Of a stretch of 64,000 bases of DNA, positions 37,121 to 45,651 are shown piece by piece; position 1 is the first letter of the stretch, and the number at the start of each line of letters is the position of its first letter. Source of the DNA: an uncultured Anaerolineaceae bacterium (lineage in GTDB: Bacteria; Chloroflexota; Limnocylindria; Limnocylindrales; CSP1-4); contig CAZOHT010000010.1 in the NCBI GenBank assembly GCA_964579825.1, positions 36,624 through 100,623 on the forward strand. Reading direction: 5' to 3'. The notes under the pieces were generated by a model. It was not told the origin of the DNA and ran no database searches. It worked only from the letters and a program-made list of their open reading frames with translations. The translations under genes were made by a program, and so were the position numbers.

Positions 37121-38656
37121 CTACAGCCCCGAGTTTCCGCCCCCGTCGACCATGTTGCCGGTGTCGTACGGCAATCCCTCGGAGCCCGTGGCCTTGAGGT
37201 TCCGATACACCCCACTCGCCTGATGGAAGTTGACCGAGACGTCGCCCTGACCGCAGTTGGTGATCGTCCATCCATCGAGGATCAGATCCGTGGTCGGGAC
37301 ATCCTCGTAGAACGCGTAGGCCAGGTTGGACGCGACGATGTCGGTGATGTGGATGGACGTCTCCTTGACCGTGCTGGAGTCGATCTGGATCCCGGACCAC
37401 GTGCGACCGGATCCCGTGATGTTCCATCGACTCAAGGTCAGGTTCGTATTGCCGCGGCCGCCGGCCATCGAGATGTAGGCGCCGTAGGTCTTGTACGCCT
37501 TGTCGGACGTCGGACCACGGGTGATGTTCCGGATCTTGATGTCCGTGATCGTCACGTTCTTGCTGCTGCGGATCTCGAAGATGCCGGCCTGGTCCAGGAC
37601 GTAGCCGTCGAACGTGAAGCCCTGCATCGTGATATTGCTGGCCAGGCTGTTCAGACCGAAGTAGAACTGCCCCCATCGGGTGGAGTCGCCGTTCCCGGTG
37701 AAGGTGACCGTAGCCCCAGCTTCTGGCCTGATGACCAGTCGGCTGGACCGGGCGACGTCGATGTAGATGGCGGGCAGCTTGTAGGTCCCGGCCCTGAACT
37801 CGATGACATCGACGTTCTCGTCGGCGATCAGGGCCTTCAACTGCGACGCGGTGCCCGACGTCGTGAATGTCTTGACACCCGCAGATGGAGCGACGGTGGG
37901 GGCGGCGGTCGGGGCGGCGGTCGGTGCCGTCGTCGGAGCGCTCGTGGGGGCTGCGGTCGGGGCTGCGGTGGGCGCGCTCGTGGGGGCTGCGGTGGGGGCT
38001 GCGGTGGGCGCACTCGTCGTAGCGGCGGTCGGTGTCGCCGTCGGCGCGGGCACCTCAGCGGCCACTGGCTCGACCGCGACCTTGTTGTTCCCGCGGATGA
38101 TGAACTTGTCGACCGCCACCGTCGGGTGGCCGTTCGTCGCCAGGGAGACCATCTGGAAGGTGTGGGTGCCGTAGCCGCTGAACAGCTGCTGGAAGACCAC
38201 GGTCGAAGCCACATAGCGGCTGGCATACATGTCGACCGTGTTCACGTATGCGCCGTCGATGTAGATCTTGGCCTCACCACGCGTCGGCCCGACCGGGCCG
38301 ACCCAGGCGAACCCGGTGCCCTTGAACGTGACCGTGGCGCCCGCCCCGCGCTGGTCGGTGGAGCGCACTCGGCCACCGCTGTAGCTGCGGTAGGAAACGC
38401 GCGTCCAGTGCCCGTTCCAGTCCACGGACGCGCTGTTCTCCTGGTAGGTCGTGACCTTGTAGTTGGTCGACCAGGCGGCGACGGAGCCGCCTGAACCGGA
38501 ACCTGCGAACACACCGACGGTCGGGATGATCAATCCGACGAGGACAAGGCCCATGAGTCCGGTGGCCGCCCAATCGCGCGCACCGCGCTTGCGTGGGGCC
38601 AGGCTTGGGGTTGGCTTGGGGGTCTCGTCGACCCAGTTCGATCCATCCCAATACAT
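37121..38656 (-). CDS. membrane-anchored CBM-like beta-sandwich plus Pro/Thr repeat linker plus beta-helix protein; paralog C
   Basis: Same architecture as 24086-25534: an N-terminal tail with WVDETP, a TM segment, a CBM-like domain (WNGHW...GATVTFKGTGFAWVGPVGPTRGEAKIYIDG), an (APTAAPTAAPTS)n linker and a divergent beta-helix (ITMQGFTF, VTITDIKIRNIT). Confidence 0.7.
   Translation of the reverse strand: MYWDGSNWVDETPKPTPSLAPRKRGARDWAATGLMGLVLVGLIIPTVGVFAGSGSGGSVAAWSTNYKVTTYQENSASVDWNGHWTRVSYRSYSGGRVRSTDQRGAGATVTFKGTGFAWVGPVGPTRGEAKIYIDGAYVNTVDMYASRYVASTVVFQQLFSGYGTHTFQMVSLATNGHPTVAVDKFIIRGNNKVAVEPVAAEVPAPTATPTAATTSAPTAAPTAAPTSAPTAAPTAAPTSAPTTAPTAAPTAAPTVAPSAGVKTFTTSGTASQLKALIADENVDVIEFRAGTYKLPAIYIDVARSSRLVIRPEAGATVTFTGNGDSTRWGQFYFGLNSLASNITMQGFTFDGYVLDQAGIFEIRSSKNVTITDIKIRNITRGPTSDKAYKTYGAYISMAGGRGNTNLTLSRWNITGSGRTWSGIQIDSSTVKETSIHITDIVASNLAYAFYEDVPTTDLILDGWTITNCGQGDVSVNFHQASGVYRNLKATGSEGLPYDTGNMVDGGGNSGL
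37883..38050 (-). repeat. in-frame Pro/Thr/Ala tandem repeat (about 36-nt period) encoding the interdomain linker
   Basis: The protein reads PAPTATPTAATTSAPTAAPTAAPTSAPTAAPTAAPTSAPTTAPTAAPTAAPTVAPS. On the plus strand this appears as repeated gggctgcggtsgg units. Confidence 0.85.
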
Positions 38657-38750
38657 CCGATCGGTGCTCCCTTCGGCAACCCGGCTGACCTCGTGGGCCC
38701 CGTGGCTTTGCGGCCCCGCCTCGCGACGGGTGTGCTATTTCGTGGGTTCG
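38657..38750 (-). promoter_or_regulatory. candidate c-di-GMP-I (GEMM-I)-like riboswitch leader, copy 2
   Basis: The reverse complement reads AUAGCACACCCGUCGCGAGGCGGGGCCGCAAAGCCACGGGGCCCACGAGGUCAGCCGGGUUGCCGAAGGGAGCACCGAUCGGAUG. In a hand alignment 73 of 82 nt are identical to copy 1. Differences fall in a loop or keep pairing (A-U to G-U). Confidence 0.6.
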
Positions 38751-39046
38751 ATCCCCGGGGTGAGCCCGGGACCGGTCCGCTAGTCTCCCCGCTGAGCCCG
38801 CCGAGCGCCATGGCGGGATGGTCCCGAGCGACCGGCAGCGAGCACGACCGAGAGGCTCGGACACCGATGTCCGCTCTGGTGCGGTCCGGACGGGTCCGGA
38901 CGCCGCAGTCACGGTCAGTAGTCCTACGCGCCGGCGGCACGGCTGACCGCTGTGGTCCGGTGCGTGTGCGCACACCGACTGCCATGCCGCCTCGCGAGCG
39001 TGGCCCGGGGCTCGCCGGCGTGGGCGCGGCCAGGCATCGGTGAGCG

Positions 39047-40324
39047 ATGATTGGCGGCGTGACCACCCTCCATGCGAACGCTGGGTCCAGCCCGGACCTC
39101 CCGCCCGCCCTCTCGCTGCCCGCGCGTGCCGACATCGCGATCATCGGGGCCGGGATCCTCGGACTCGCGGTCGCGCGCGAGTTGCTCGCGAGGCATCCGG
39201 ATGCACGGATCGCCGTCCTCGAACGCGAACGCAGGCTGGCCGCCCACCAGACCGGGCGCAACAGCGGCGTGCTGCATGCCGGCCTGTACTACACGCCCGG
39301 ATCGCTCAAGGCCCGCCTCACCCGCCAGGGTCAGGTCGCGCTCGAGCGATATGCCACCGAGCGCGGGATCGCCTTCGAGCGCTGCGGCAAGCTGGTGGTG
39401 GCGCTGGACGCGTCGGAGCTCGGCGCACTCGACGCCCTGCGACGGCGCGCAGAGGCGAACCAGGTCCCCGGGCTGGAGTCCGTCGATCGGGATCGGATCC
39501 GCGAGATCGAGCCGCACGCCGAAGGCATCCGCGGCCTGTGGAGCCCGGGCACGGGGATCATCGACTATGCCGCGGTGGCCGCGGCATTCGCCGACGACGT
39601 GCGCGCCGCGGGCGGCACGATCCACCTGGACCATGAGGTCACCACGATCACGCAGTCGCCCGAGGGCCTGCTGCTGGCAACCAGGCAGGGCGAGATCCTT
39701 GCCGGCCGGGTCATCGCGTGCGCCGGGCTGTGGTCGGATCGCGTCGCGGCGATGAGCGGGACGGGCGGGCAGGAACGGATCATCCCGTTCCGCGGCGACT
39801 ACTACACGCTCACGCCGACCGCCCGATCGCTCGTTCGCGGCCTGATCTACCCGGTCCCCGATCCACGCTTTCCGTTCCTCGGGGTCCACTTCACCCGGCG
39901 GATCGACGGCGAGGTCTGGGCCGGCCCGAACGCCGTCCTGGCGTTCGCTCGAACCGGGTATCGACGCCGCGACGTCGACCTGCGCGACCTGGCGGGCATC
40001 GCGTCCAGTCGCGGGTTCCTGCGCCTGGCGCGACGCTTCTGGCGCATGGGAGCCGCGGAGATGTGGCGCGACTGGTCCAGGACGGCGTTCCTGCGTGAAC
40101 TGCAGCGCTTCGTCCCGGCCATCCAGGCCGAAGACCTCACGTTCGGCCCGTCCGGCATCCGCGCCCAGGCCGTGGACCTGGACGGCACGCTGGTCGACGA
40201 CTTCCGGTTCCGAGGCACGGACCGGATCCTGCACGTCGTCAACGCCCCATCACCCGCCGCCACCGCCTCGATGGCCATCGCCGAGGAGATCGCCGACCGC
40301 GCCGACGACCGCTTCGGCCTCTGA
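39047..40324 (+). CDS. lhgO: L-2-hydroxyglutarate oxidase/dehydrogenase (LhgO family FAD enzyme)
   Basis: DIAIIGAGILGLAVAREL, AHQTGRNSGVLHAGLYY, IIPFRGDYY and NAPSPAATAS match LhgO-family hallmarks. The N-terminal 27 aa may be over-extended. Confidence 0.8.
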   Translation: MIGGVTTLHANAGSSPDLPPALSLPARADIAIIGAGILGLAVARELLARHPDARIAVLERERRLAAHQTGRNSGVLHAGLYYTPGSLKARLTRQGQVALERYATERGIAFERCGKLVVALDASELGALDALRRRAEANQVPGLESVDRDRIREIEPHAEGIRGLWSPGTGIIDYAAVAAAFADDVRAAGGTIHLDHEVTTITQSPEGLLLATRQGEILAGRVIACAGLWSDRVAAMSGTGGQERIIPFRGDYYTLTPTARSLVRGLIYPVPDPRFPFLGVHFTRRIDGEVWAGPNAVLAFARTGYRRRDVDLRDLAGIASSRGFLRLARRFWRMGAAEMWRDWSRTAFLRELQRFVPAIQAEDLTFGPSGIRAQAVDLDGTLVDDFRFRGTDRILHVVNAPSPAATASMAIAEEIADRADDRFGL

Positions 40325-40338
40325 TCGGGACCCACAGG

Positions 40339-41067
40339 TCAGCCGGCGGAGACCGTCCTGACCTCGTTGCCGACGATCACGCACACCTCGTCGACGTCGT
40401 CCAGACGCGCCGTGATGAAGTCGTAGTCGCGCATCTGGTCCGTTCGACGCAGGTAGGCCACGCTGTTGCCGCCGGCGATGGCGCCGACCGGCTGGTGCTC
40501 CCAGCGCGCCGCGATCTCTGCCGACGCCGCGTCCGCCGCACGGAATCCGGACTGCATGAGCCGGGCCGCGAGCCACGCACAGCCGAGCTGATCCTCCTCC
40601 CGGAACTCTCCGCGGCTGCCGGCACCGATGATGGCGACGCGATCGTGGCGCGCAGCGACGTGGCGCGCTGTCGCCGACACGTTCCTCAGGCACGCGGCGT
40701 AGGCCGCTTCGGCCGGCGCCGACGCCAGCATCAGCTCCGTCCCCGAGGTCGACAGCATCACCAGCGGGCGCTCGACGTCCTGGCGCTCGGTCAGGTCCGC
40801 CGGGCTGTTGTTCATGTCGAACCCGTACGGCATGTGACCACCCAGCTCGCCGGCGAGGATCGAGTCCGGATGGGCGTCACGCAGTCGCACGGCGTCGTCG
40901 AGATCGGCCGCGATCAGGCAGCGACGCCCGGACACCGCGGCCGTCACGGCCAGGGTCGTCGCCCGGATCACATCGATCGCCACGATGGCGTGGTCGTCCC
41001 GGTAGCGAGTCGCCGATGCCGGGAAGCAGTCGATGACGAAGATCCGATCCCGTGCCGAGGCCGCCAC
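40339..41067 (-). CDS. comB: 2-phosphosulfolactate phosphatase (ComB family)
   Basis: VAIDVIRATT...AGELGG...GFDMNNSP...ST(S)GT are ComB-family motifs. GTG at 41067 lies 11 nt after the comA stop. Confidence 0.75.
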   Translation of the reverse strand: MAASARDRIFVIDCFPASATRYRDDHAIVAIDVIRATTLAVTAAVSGRRCLIAADLDDAVRLRDAHPDSILAGELGGHMPYGFDMNNSPADLTERQDVERPLVMLSTSGTELMLASAPAEAAYAACLRNVSATARHVAARHDRVAIIGAGSRGEFREEDQLGCAWLAARLMQSGFRAADAASAEIAARWEHQPVGAIAGGNSVAYLRRTDQMRDYDFITARLDDVDEVCVIVGNEVRTVSAG

Positions 41068-41078
41068 GTCGTTCGGCC

Positions 41079-41915
41079 TCAACCCGGCCGGCGGGGCCGG
41101 AGGTTGTCGTGCGCGAAGGCGTCGGAGTGGAGACCACGTCGATAGATCTCCACGCGGAGGATCTCCTCGAGCCGGATATTGCACAGGTGCACGTCCGGCC
41201 CGAAGTGGTTCAACAGGGCGAACTGGCTGGCCTTGTTGGGGGCCTCGAAGAGCGCGGTGTCGAGTCCGAAGGCCTCCGCGAAACGATCGGCCGTCGCCGG
41301 AACGAAGTCGCCACGCTCATCAAAGCAGCCGATGCCGACCGCGCTCTCCCGGGCTTCGATGATGACCTGGCGGGCACCGGCGTCGAGCCACTGGCGCCCC
41401 TGGGCGATCAGGCCCGACACGACGTCCGAGCTGAAGGCACCGTCGTGCTTCTTCCCGAGCTCGAACTGCACCTGCAGGCCCCGGTCCCGCGCCAGGCGCA
41501 TCACGTCGGCGGGTGCGAGCGGCATGTCGGTGAACCCCTCACCGGCCTCGATGCCGGTGAACCCGATGTCGGCGACGAGGTCGAGGTAGAACGGGAGCTC
41601 GCCTTGCTGGACCGCGATCTCGAACGGTCCGCCGCCGGTGACCGTCGGCACGCCGAACGCCCGGCACGCGGCGACCTTCCAGCGGGTGACCCGCTCGTCG
41701 CCGATCTGCCAACCGGCCATGGAGATCTTCATGGTCTCCATCAGGTGACGGCTCTGCACCAGGTGACCGTGGAACGTGTACGGGTCGTAGCCGGGATCGA
41801 ACGGGCACGTCGCCGGGCGCAGGTCCGGCACGCCGATACGCTCGAGATAGTCCCGGGTGTGGACGGTCCCGACCGGGACATCCATGGGAGGCAGTGCGTC
41901 GATCCGGTCATCCAT
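41079..41915 (-). CDS. comA: phosphosulfolactate synthase (ComA family)
   Basis: 278 aa. MKISMAGWQI, PTVTGGGPFE, GFTGIEAGEGF and IIEARES resemble (2R)-phospho-3-sulfolactate synthase. The start shares 1 nt with the upstream stop. Confidence 0.75.
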   Translation of the reverse strand: MDDRIDALPPMDVPVGTVHTRDYLERIGVPDLRPATCPFDPGYDPYTFHGHLVQSRHLMETMKISMAGWQIGDERVTRWKVAACRAFGVPTVTGGGPFEIAVQQGELPFYLDLVADIGFTGIEAGEGFTDMPLAPADVMRLARDRGLQVQFELGKKHDGAFSSDVVSGLIAQGRQWLDAGARQVIIEARESAVGIGCFDERGDFVPATADRFAEAFGLDTALFEAPNKASQFALLNHFGPDVHLCNIRLEEILRVEIYRRGLHSDAFAHDNLRPRRPG

Positions 41916-43117
41916 CAGGCGATCCCTCCGCTGGACTTTCGCTGCACGAAGCCACGCATGGCGACCCGGAACGGCGCGAGGTCGTCGCGGGCGAAGTAGG
42001 CGGTCTCACGGACACCGAGGAGCGACGTGGCCCAGTCGCGGATCGTCAGCTTGCCATCCCGCCGGTACTGCAGCGCCGAGTCGACGTCCGCACCCTCCAC
42101 CATCCACCGTCGTCCCTCCATCGGCTCGGCCTCCGGCACGGGCTGGCCGGTCAGGTCCAGGTACATGGCGCGCGCGACGTCGAGGCCACCCTTCGAGACG
42201 AACAGGCGGAAGGTCGCACCGATCCTGGGGTTGGCATCGAGGACCTTGTACTGACCGTCACGGGCATCGAACCGGTATCCGATGTCCAGGATCCCTCGAT
42301 AGCCGATCGCCTTCATCCACTTGACCGTCGTGTCGCGGACCGCGTCGTTCGCCTGGCACACCCCTAGGCTCGTCACGCCGGTGTAGACCGGCGACTGCCG
42401 CAGCTTCCGACCTGTGAAGCCCATGCGCGCATCCGACGCCTCGTCGAAGTAGCCGTTGAACATCCAGACATCGTGTTCTCCGCCCGGGATGAACTCCTGC
42501 AGCATCAGATTCGGCTCGTCGGGATCCTCCATGGCCACGTAGCGTCGGACGAGTTCGTCCGGGTCGTCGACGATGACCATCTTGAGTCCGGTCCGAAGCT
42601 TGAGCCGGTTGCCGTCGATCCCCTTCAACATGACCGGAAACTCGGCGGTGGCCGCGAATCGGGTCACGTCGTCAACGTCCTTGGGGAAGACGACATCGGG
42701 CGTCGGTACGCCATGCTCACGCGCCAGGAAGTGCATCGAACGCTTGTCGGCCAGGGCCGCGGCCAGTCCGGCTGGCTGTCTCGGAAAGAGGTACCACTCC
42801 CCCAACACATCGGCGTACGCCGACACCAGGAGGGAGGTCTGGTCCCACGTCGGGATCAGGATGGTCCCTCCACCGAGCTGGCGACCCAGGTCGAGGAGGT
42901 AGTCGACGGTGGCCTCAGGTGCGGCCGCAGCCAGGTCGAACACGTGACGTCGCGCGAGGTAGCGCGAGCGCGCAGCCGCACGGGGCGGGTTCGCATCGAC
43001 GGCGTGGACGGGGATCCCAAGCCGTCCCAGGCTGCGGATGATCCCGAGGCAGCCGTAGTTCTGCGCGCTGAGCACCAGCACGGGCGTGGTGGTATCGAGA
43101 GGCGGATATGGAGGCAT
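41915..43117 (-). CDS. ATP-grasp carboxylate-amine/thiol ligase (COG3919-like)
   Basis: VLVLSAQNYGCLGIIRSLG N-terminus, FPVMLKG, LMLQEFIPGG and KVLDANPRIG are ATP-grasp P-loop and Mg-site-like segments. ATG at 43117. Confidence 0.75.
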   Translation of the reverse strand: MPPYPPLDTTTPVLVLSAQNYGCLGIIRSLGRLGIPVHAVDANPPRAAARSRYLARRHVFDLAAAAPEATVDYLLDLGRQLGGGTILIPTWDQTSLLVSAYADVLGEWYLFPRQPAGLAAALADKRSMHFLAREHGVPTPDVVFPKDVDDVTRFAATAEFPVMLKGIDGNRLKLRTGLKMVIVDDPDELVRRYVAMEDPDEPNLMLQEFIPGGEHDVWMFNGYFDEASDARMGFTGRKLRQSPVYTGVTSLGVCQANDAVRDTTVKWMKAIGYRGILDIGYRFDARDGQYKVLDANPRIGATFRLFVSKGGLDVARAMYLDLTGQPVPEAEPMEGRRWMVEGADVDSALQYRRDGKLTIRDWATSLLGVRETAYFARDDLAPFRVAMRGFVQRKSSGGIA

Positions 43118-43181
43118 CGCTAGTACGGTAACGGTTGGTTCGCTGTGTGGTGATGGACCACGGTGTCTGCACGCAACGACA

Positions 43182-44522
43182 TCACTCGAAGACCTGGAGC
43201 GGAGCGCACGGGTAGACGACCACCGACAGGTCGTCGCGCCCGTCCTGTTGCCTCCGAACGAGGTCGACGACCTCGGCCCAGTTGGGCACGATCTGCATGC
43301 CCGGGAGGCCATCCGGGAGGGGGCGTTCCAGGTGGACGGTCTGGTACATGAGGATCGGCAGTGCGGGCCCCGACGCAACGGCACGACGTCGGCGAGGCCG
43401 GAGGCGCCTGAGACCGGACGCCCCAAGGCCCACCAGTCCGACCTGACCCTGCGCCCACGCGACCTCGATCCGGCGACGGACCCGTGCGATCCCGGTGAGC
43501 GGTGCGAGCGGATACAGGCCGTGGTGACCGATCCCCTCTGGACACGCGGCGATGAGGATCCGCGACGCGGATCGACTGGCGTGCTGGAGGGGGATGATCC
43601 CCTTGCTACGCATGAACGTGGCTGAGATGTCCATGGGATACGCATTCGCGATCACGACATCTGCGTTCGCCGGCATCGCGGCCGCGTACGCCGACCTCGA
43701 GTAGGCGGATGCCTCCGCGTAGGCGACAGCCGGATCACCAGCCACGATCCGGACGATCCGGCGCTGGCCGTCGACGTGCGCCATGACCATCCAGCGCAGA
43801 CCGACCAAACGGGCGATCTCATCCAGGTCGGCGCGAAAGTCGTTGGCTACGTCGTACCGACCGCCGGCGCCGGCACGGCCGAAATGCAGCCGAGCGATCG
43901 ACCGCCGGCCGAGGATCCCAAGGGCGAGCTTGCTTCCACCGCCGAAGCCGGCCGTGTGCTGGGGATACACGCCGCCGATGCCGATGACCAGGTCGGCAGC
44001 CGCGGCCGCGCGGTTGACGACCACGGGCGTCCCCATCCGGCTGACCCCGATCTTCACGCAATCGCCCTGGTCGTCATGCGAGATGACTCGACAGCCGACG
44101 TCAGCGCCCACCTTGCGCGTGAGTCGCTCCCGGGACAACGGGCCGTGGGTGCCTGTCGCGACGAGGACGGTCACCTGGGATCGTGCGACGCCCGCTGCGT
44201 CCAACTCAGCGAGCAGGGCCCCGAGGATCGTCTCGACCGGTGTCGGACGGGTCAGATCGTCGACCACGATGACGACGGTTCGCGCTCCGTGGGCGATGGC
44301 GGCGAGCGGCTCGGCACCGACGGGGGCACGCACGGCGGCGACGATCTCGTCGAGCTCGAGCGGGCGCGGGAGCTCCGGGGCATGGACGGTCACCTGCCAG
44401 CCCGCCGGAAACGGAAGGTCGACCATGTCATCGCCGTACCAGGCGGCCGTCCTGATCGCGACCGACGACCCCGGGCGCGCCGGACCGACCGGCGTCAGGA
44501 GCGCGGTGTCCTTCAGGTTCAT
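43182..44522 (-). CDS. LarA-like (lactate racemase N-terminal domain/DUF2088) nickel-pincer-dependent 2-hydroxyacid racemase/epimerase homolog
   Basis: VVIVVDDLTRPTP, VLVATGTHG and VYPQHTAGFGGGSKLALG match LarA-family segments carrying the catalytic His and cofactor-tethering Lys, as I recall them. ATGA overlap with the upstream ATP-grasp. Confidence 0.7.
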   Translation of the reverse strand: MNLKDTALLTPVGPARPGSSVAIRTAAWYGDDMVDLPFPAGWQVTVHAPELPRPLELDEIVAAVRAPVGAEPLAAIAHGARTVVIVVDDLTRPTPVETILGALLAELDAAGVARSQVTVLVATGTHGPLSRERLTRKVGADVGCRVISHDDQGDCVKIGVSRMGTPVVVNRAAAAADLVIGIGGVYPQHTAGFGGGSKLALGILGRRSIARLHFGRAGAGGRYDVANDFRADLDEIARLVGLRWMVMAHVDGQRRIVRIVAGDPAVAYAEASAYSRSAYAAAMPANADVVIANAYPMDISATFMRSKGIIPLQHASRSASRILIAACPEGIGHHGLYPLAPLTGIARVRRRIEVAWAQGQVGLVGLGASGLRRLRPRRRRAVASGPALPILMYQTVHLERPLPDGLPGMQIVPNWAEVVDLVRRQQDGRDDLSVVVYPCAPLQVFE

Positions 44523-45628
44523 GCCTTCTGGACGCCGAGGAGCGCTCGCAGGACAGTCTCTGCCACGGCGCATGATCCACCATTCGCTGGCCGGCAATGG
44601 TGGTGCAGGCCGGGCGTGGTGTTGACCTCGAGAAAGACCCCGCCCGATCCCGCAAGGGATCGTGTCGGATCATTCGTCAGCACGTCGACGCCGGCGAAGC
44701 GCGTCCCGATCGCGGTCACGAGCGGCGCGACCTCATCGATCAGATCCCGTCCGACGAGCGCGGTGACGTCCTCGTCGTAGATCGTGCGCTGTTCGTGGCT
44801 CGAGACGGTGTCCGGGCGGACCCACCTGGCCACGATCGAGTCACCGGCTGGCACGATGTCCTCAGTCGACAGCCCCTGACCAGCGAGGGTCTGCTCGATG
44901 CGCCGATCCACCGACACGCCCTTGGCGGTCAGTAGCTCGATGATCGAGGAGGTCCCGTCCCCGACGATCCGGATCCCGGAGCGCCGGACGGCATGGATCA
45001 TCTGCCCATCGAGGAACAGCAATCGGACCGATTCCGCGGGGACCATCCGCTCCACGACGACCCGGTTCGCGAACAGGGAGGCGAGGGCCAGCGCGTCTGC
45101 GAGCGCGTAGCGCGAGCGGACATCGATGGAGACCCCGATGCCCGATCCCGTGCCCTCGGCCGGCTTGACGACCAGCGGGGCTTCGTCGACGGATAGGGTG
45201 CGCCAGATCCGACCCAGGTCCGCCCGATCGAACGTTCGCGGCCCAGGGATCGGGATCCCGAGGCGGCTGGCCACGTCGTAGCAGAACGACTTGTCCCCGG
45301 CCAGACCCAGCACGACCGGGTCATCGAACTGGACCAGGTAGGTCATGACGCGAGTCTTCCGGCCCCCGAGCGTGATCTCGCAGACCTCCTGCGACAGCGG
45401 ACCGCACGTGGCACCGATCGCGGTGGCGGCACCCTGCCACATGGCCATGTACTCCTCGCGTCGGTCCTGCACGTAGATCGTCCGGCTGCGACCGGTCGCG
45501 ATGGCGAGGCTGCGGCGGACGCGCGCTGACCAGCGCAGACCCCTGAAGATCATGCCCGACGCGATCGAATGTGGGGCCTTGACTCGGATCCGACGAACGC
45601 GATGGTCTGGGGACATGGGCTCGAGCAT
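44519..45628 (-). CDS. ATP-grasp ligase (cyanophycin-synthetase/RimK-like stand-alone domain)
   Basis: LVVKPAEGTGSGIGV and GVFLEVNTTPGLHHH are ATP-grasp signatures. The start is taken at ATG 45628 (or 45616), downstream of the stop at 45652. GAGGG lies 5 nt upstream. Confidence 0.7.
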   Translation of the reverse strand: MLEPMSPDHRVRRIRVKAPHSIASGMIFRGLRWSARVRRSLAIATGRSRTIYVQDRREEYMAMWQGAATAIGATCGPLSQEVCEITLGGRKTRVMTYLVQFDDPVVLGLAGDKSFCYDVASRLGIPIPGPRTFDRADLGRIWRTLSVDEAPLVVKPAEGTGSGIGVSIDVRSRYALADALALASLFANRVVVERMVPAESVRLLFLDGQMIHAVRRSGIRIVGDGTSSIIELLTAKGVSVDRRIEQTLAGQGLSTEDIVPAGDSIVARWVRPDTVSSHEQRTIYDEDVTALVGRDLIDEVAPLVTAIGTRFAGVDVLTNDPTRSLAGSGGVFLEVNTTPGLHHHCRPANGGSCAVAETVLRALLGVQKA

Positions 45629-45651
45629 ACCGACCCTCGCCCCCAGGCGTG

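Noticed and set aside
39047-44522. Functional link between lhgO and the LarA-like gene (2-hydroxyglutarate racemase plus L-2HG oxidase)
   Set aside because: It is attractive chemically, but the genes are on opposite strands and are separated by comB, comA and an ATP-grasp gene. It is kept only as an alternative hypothesis inside the sulfolactate finding.
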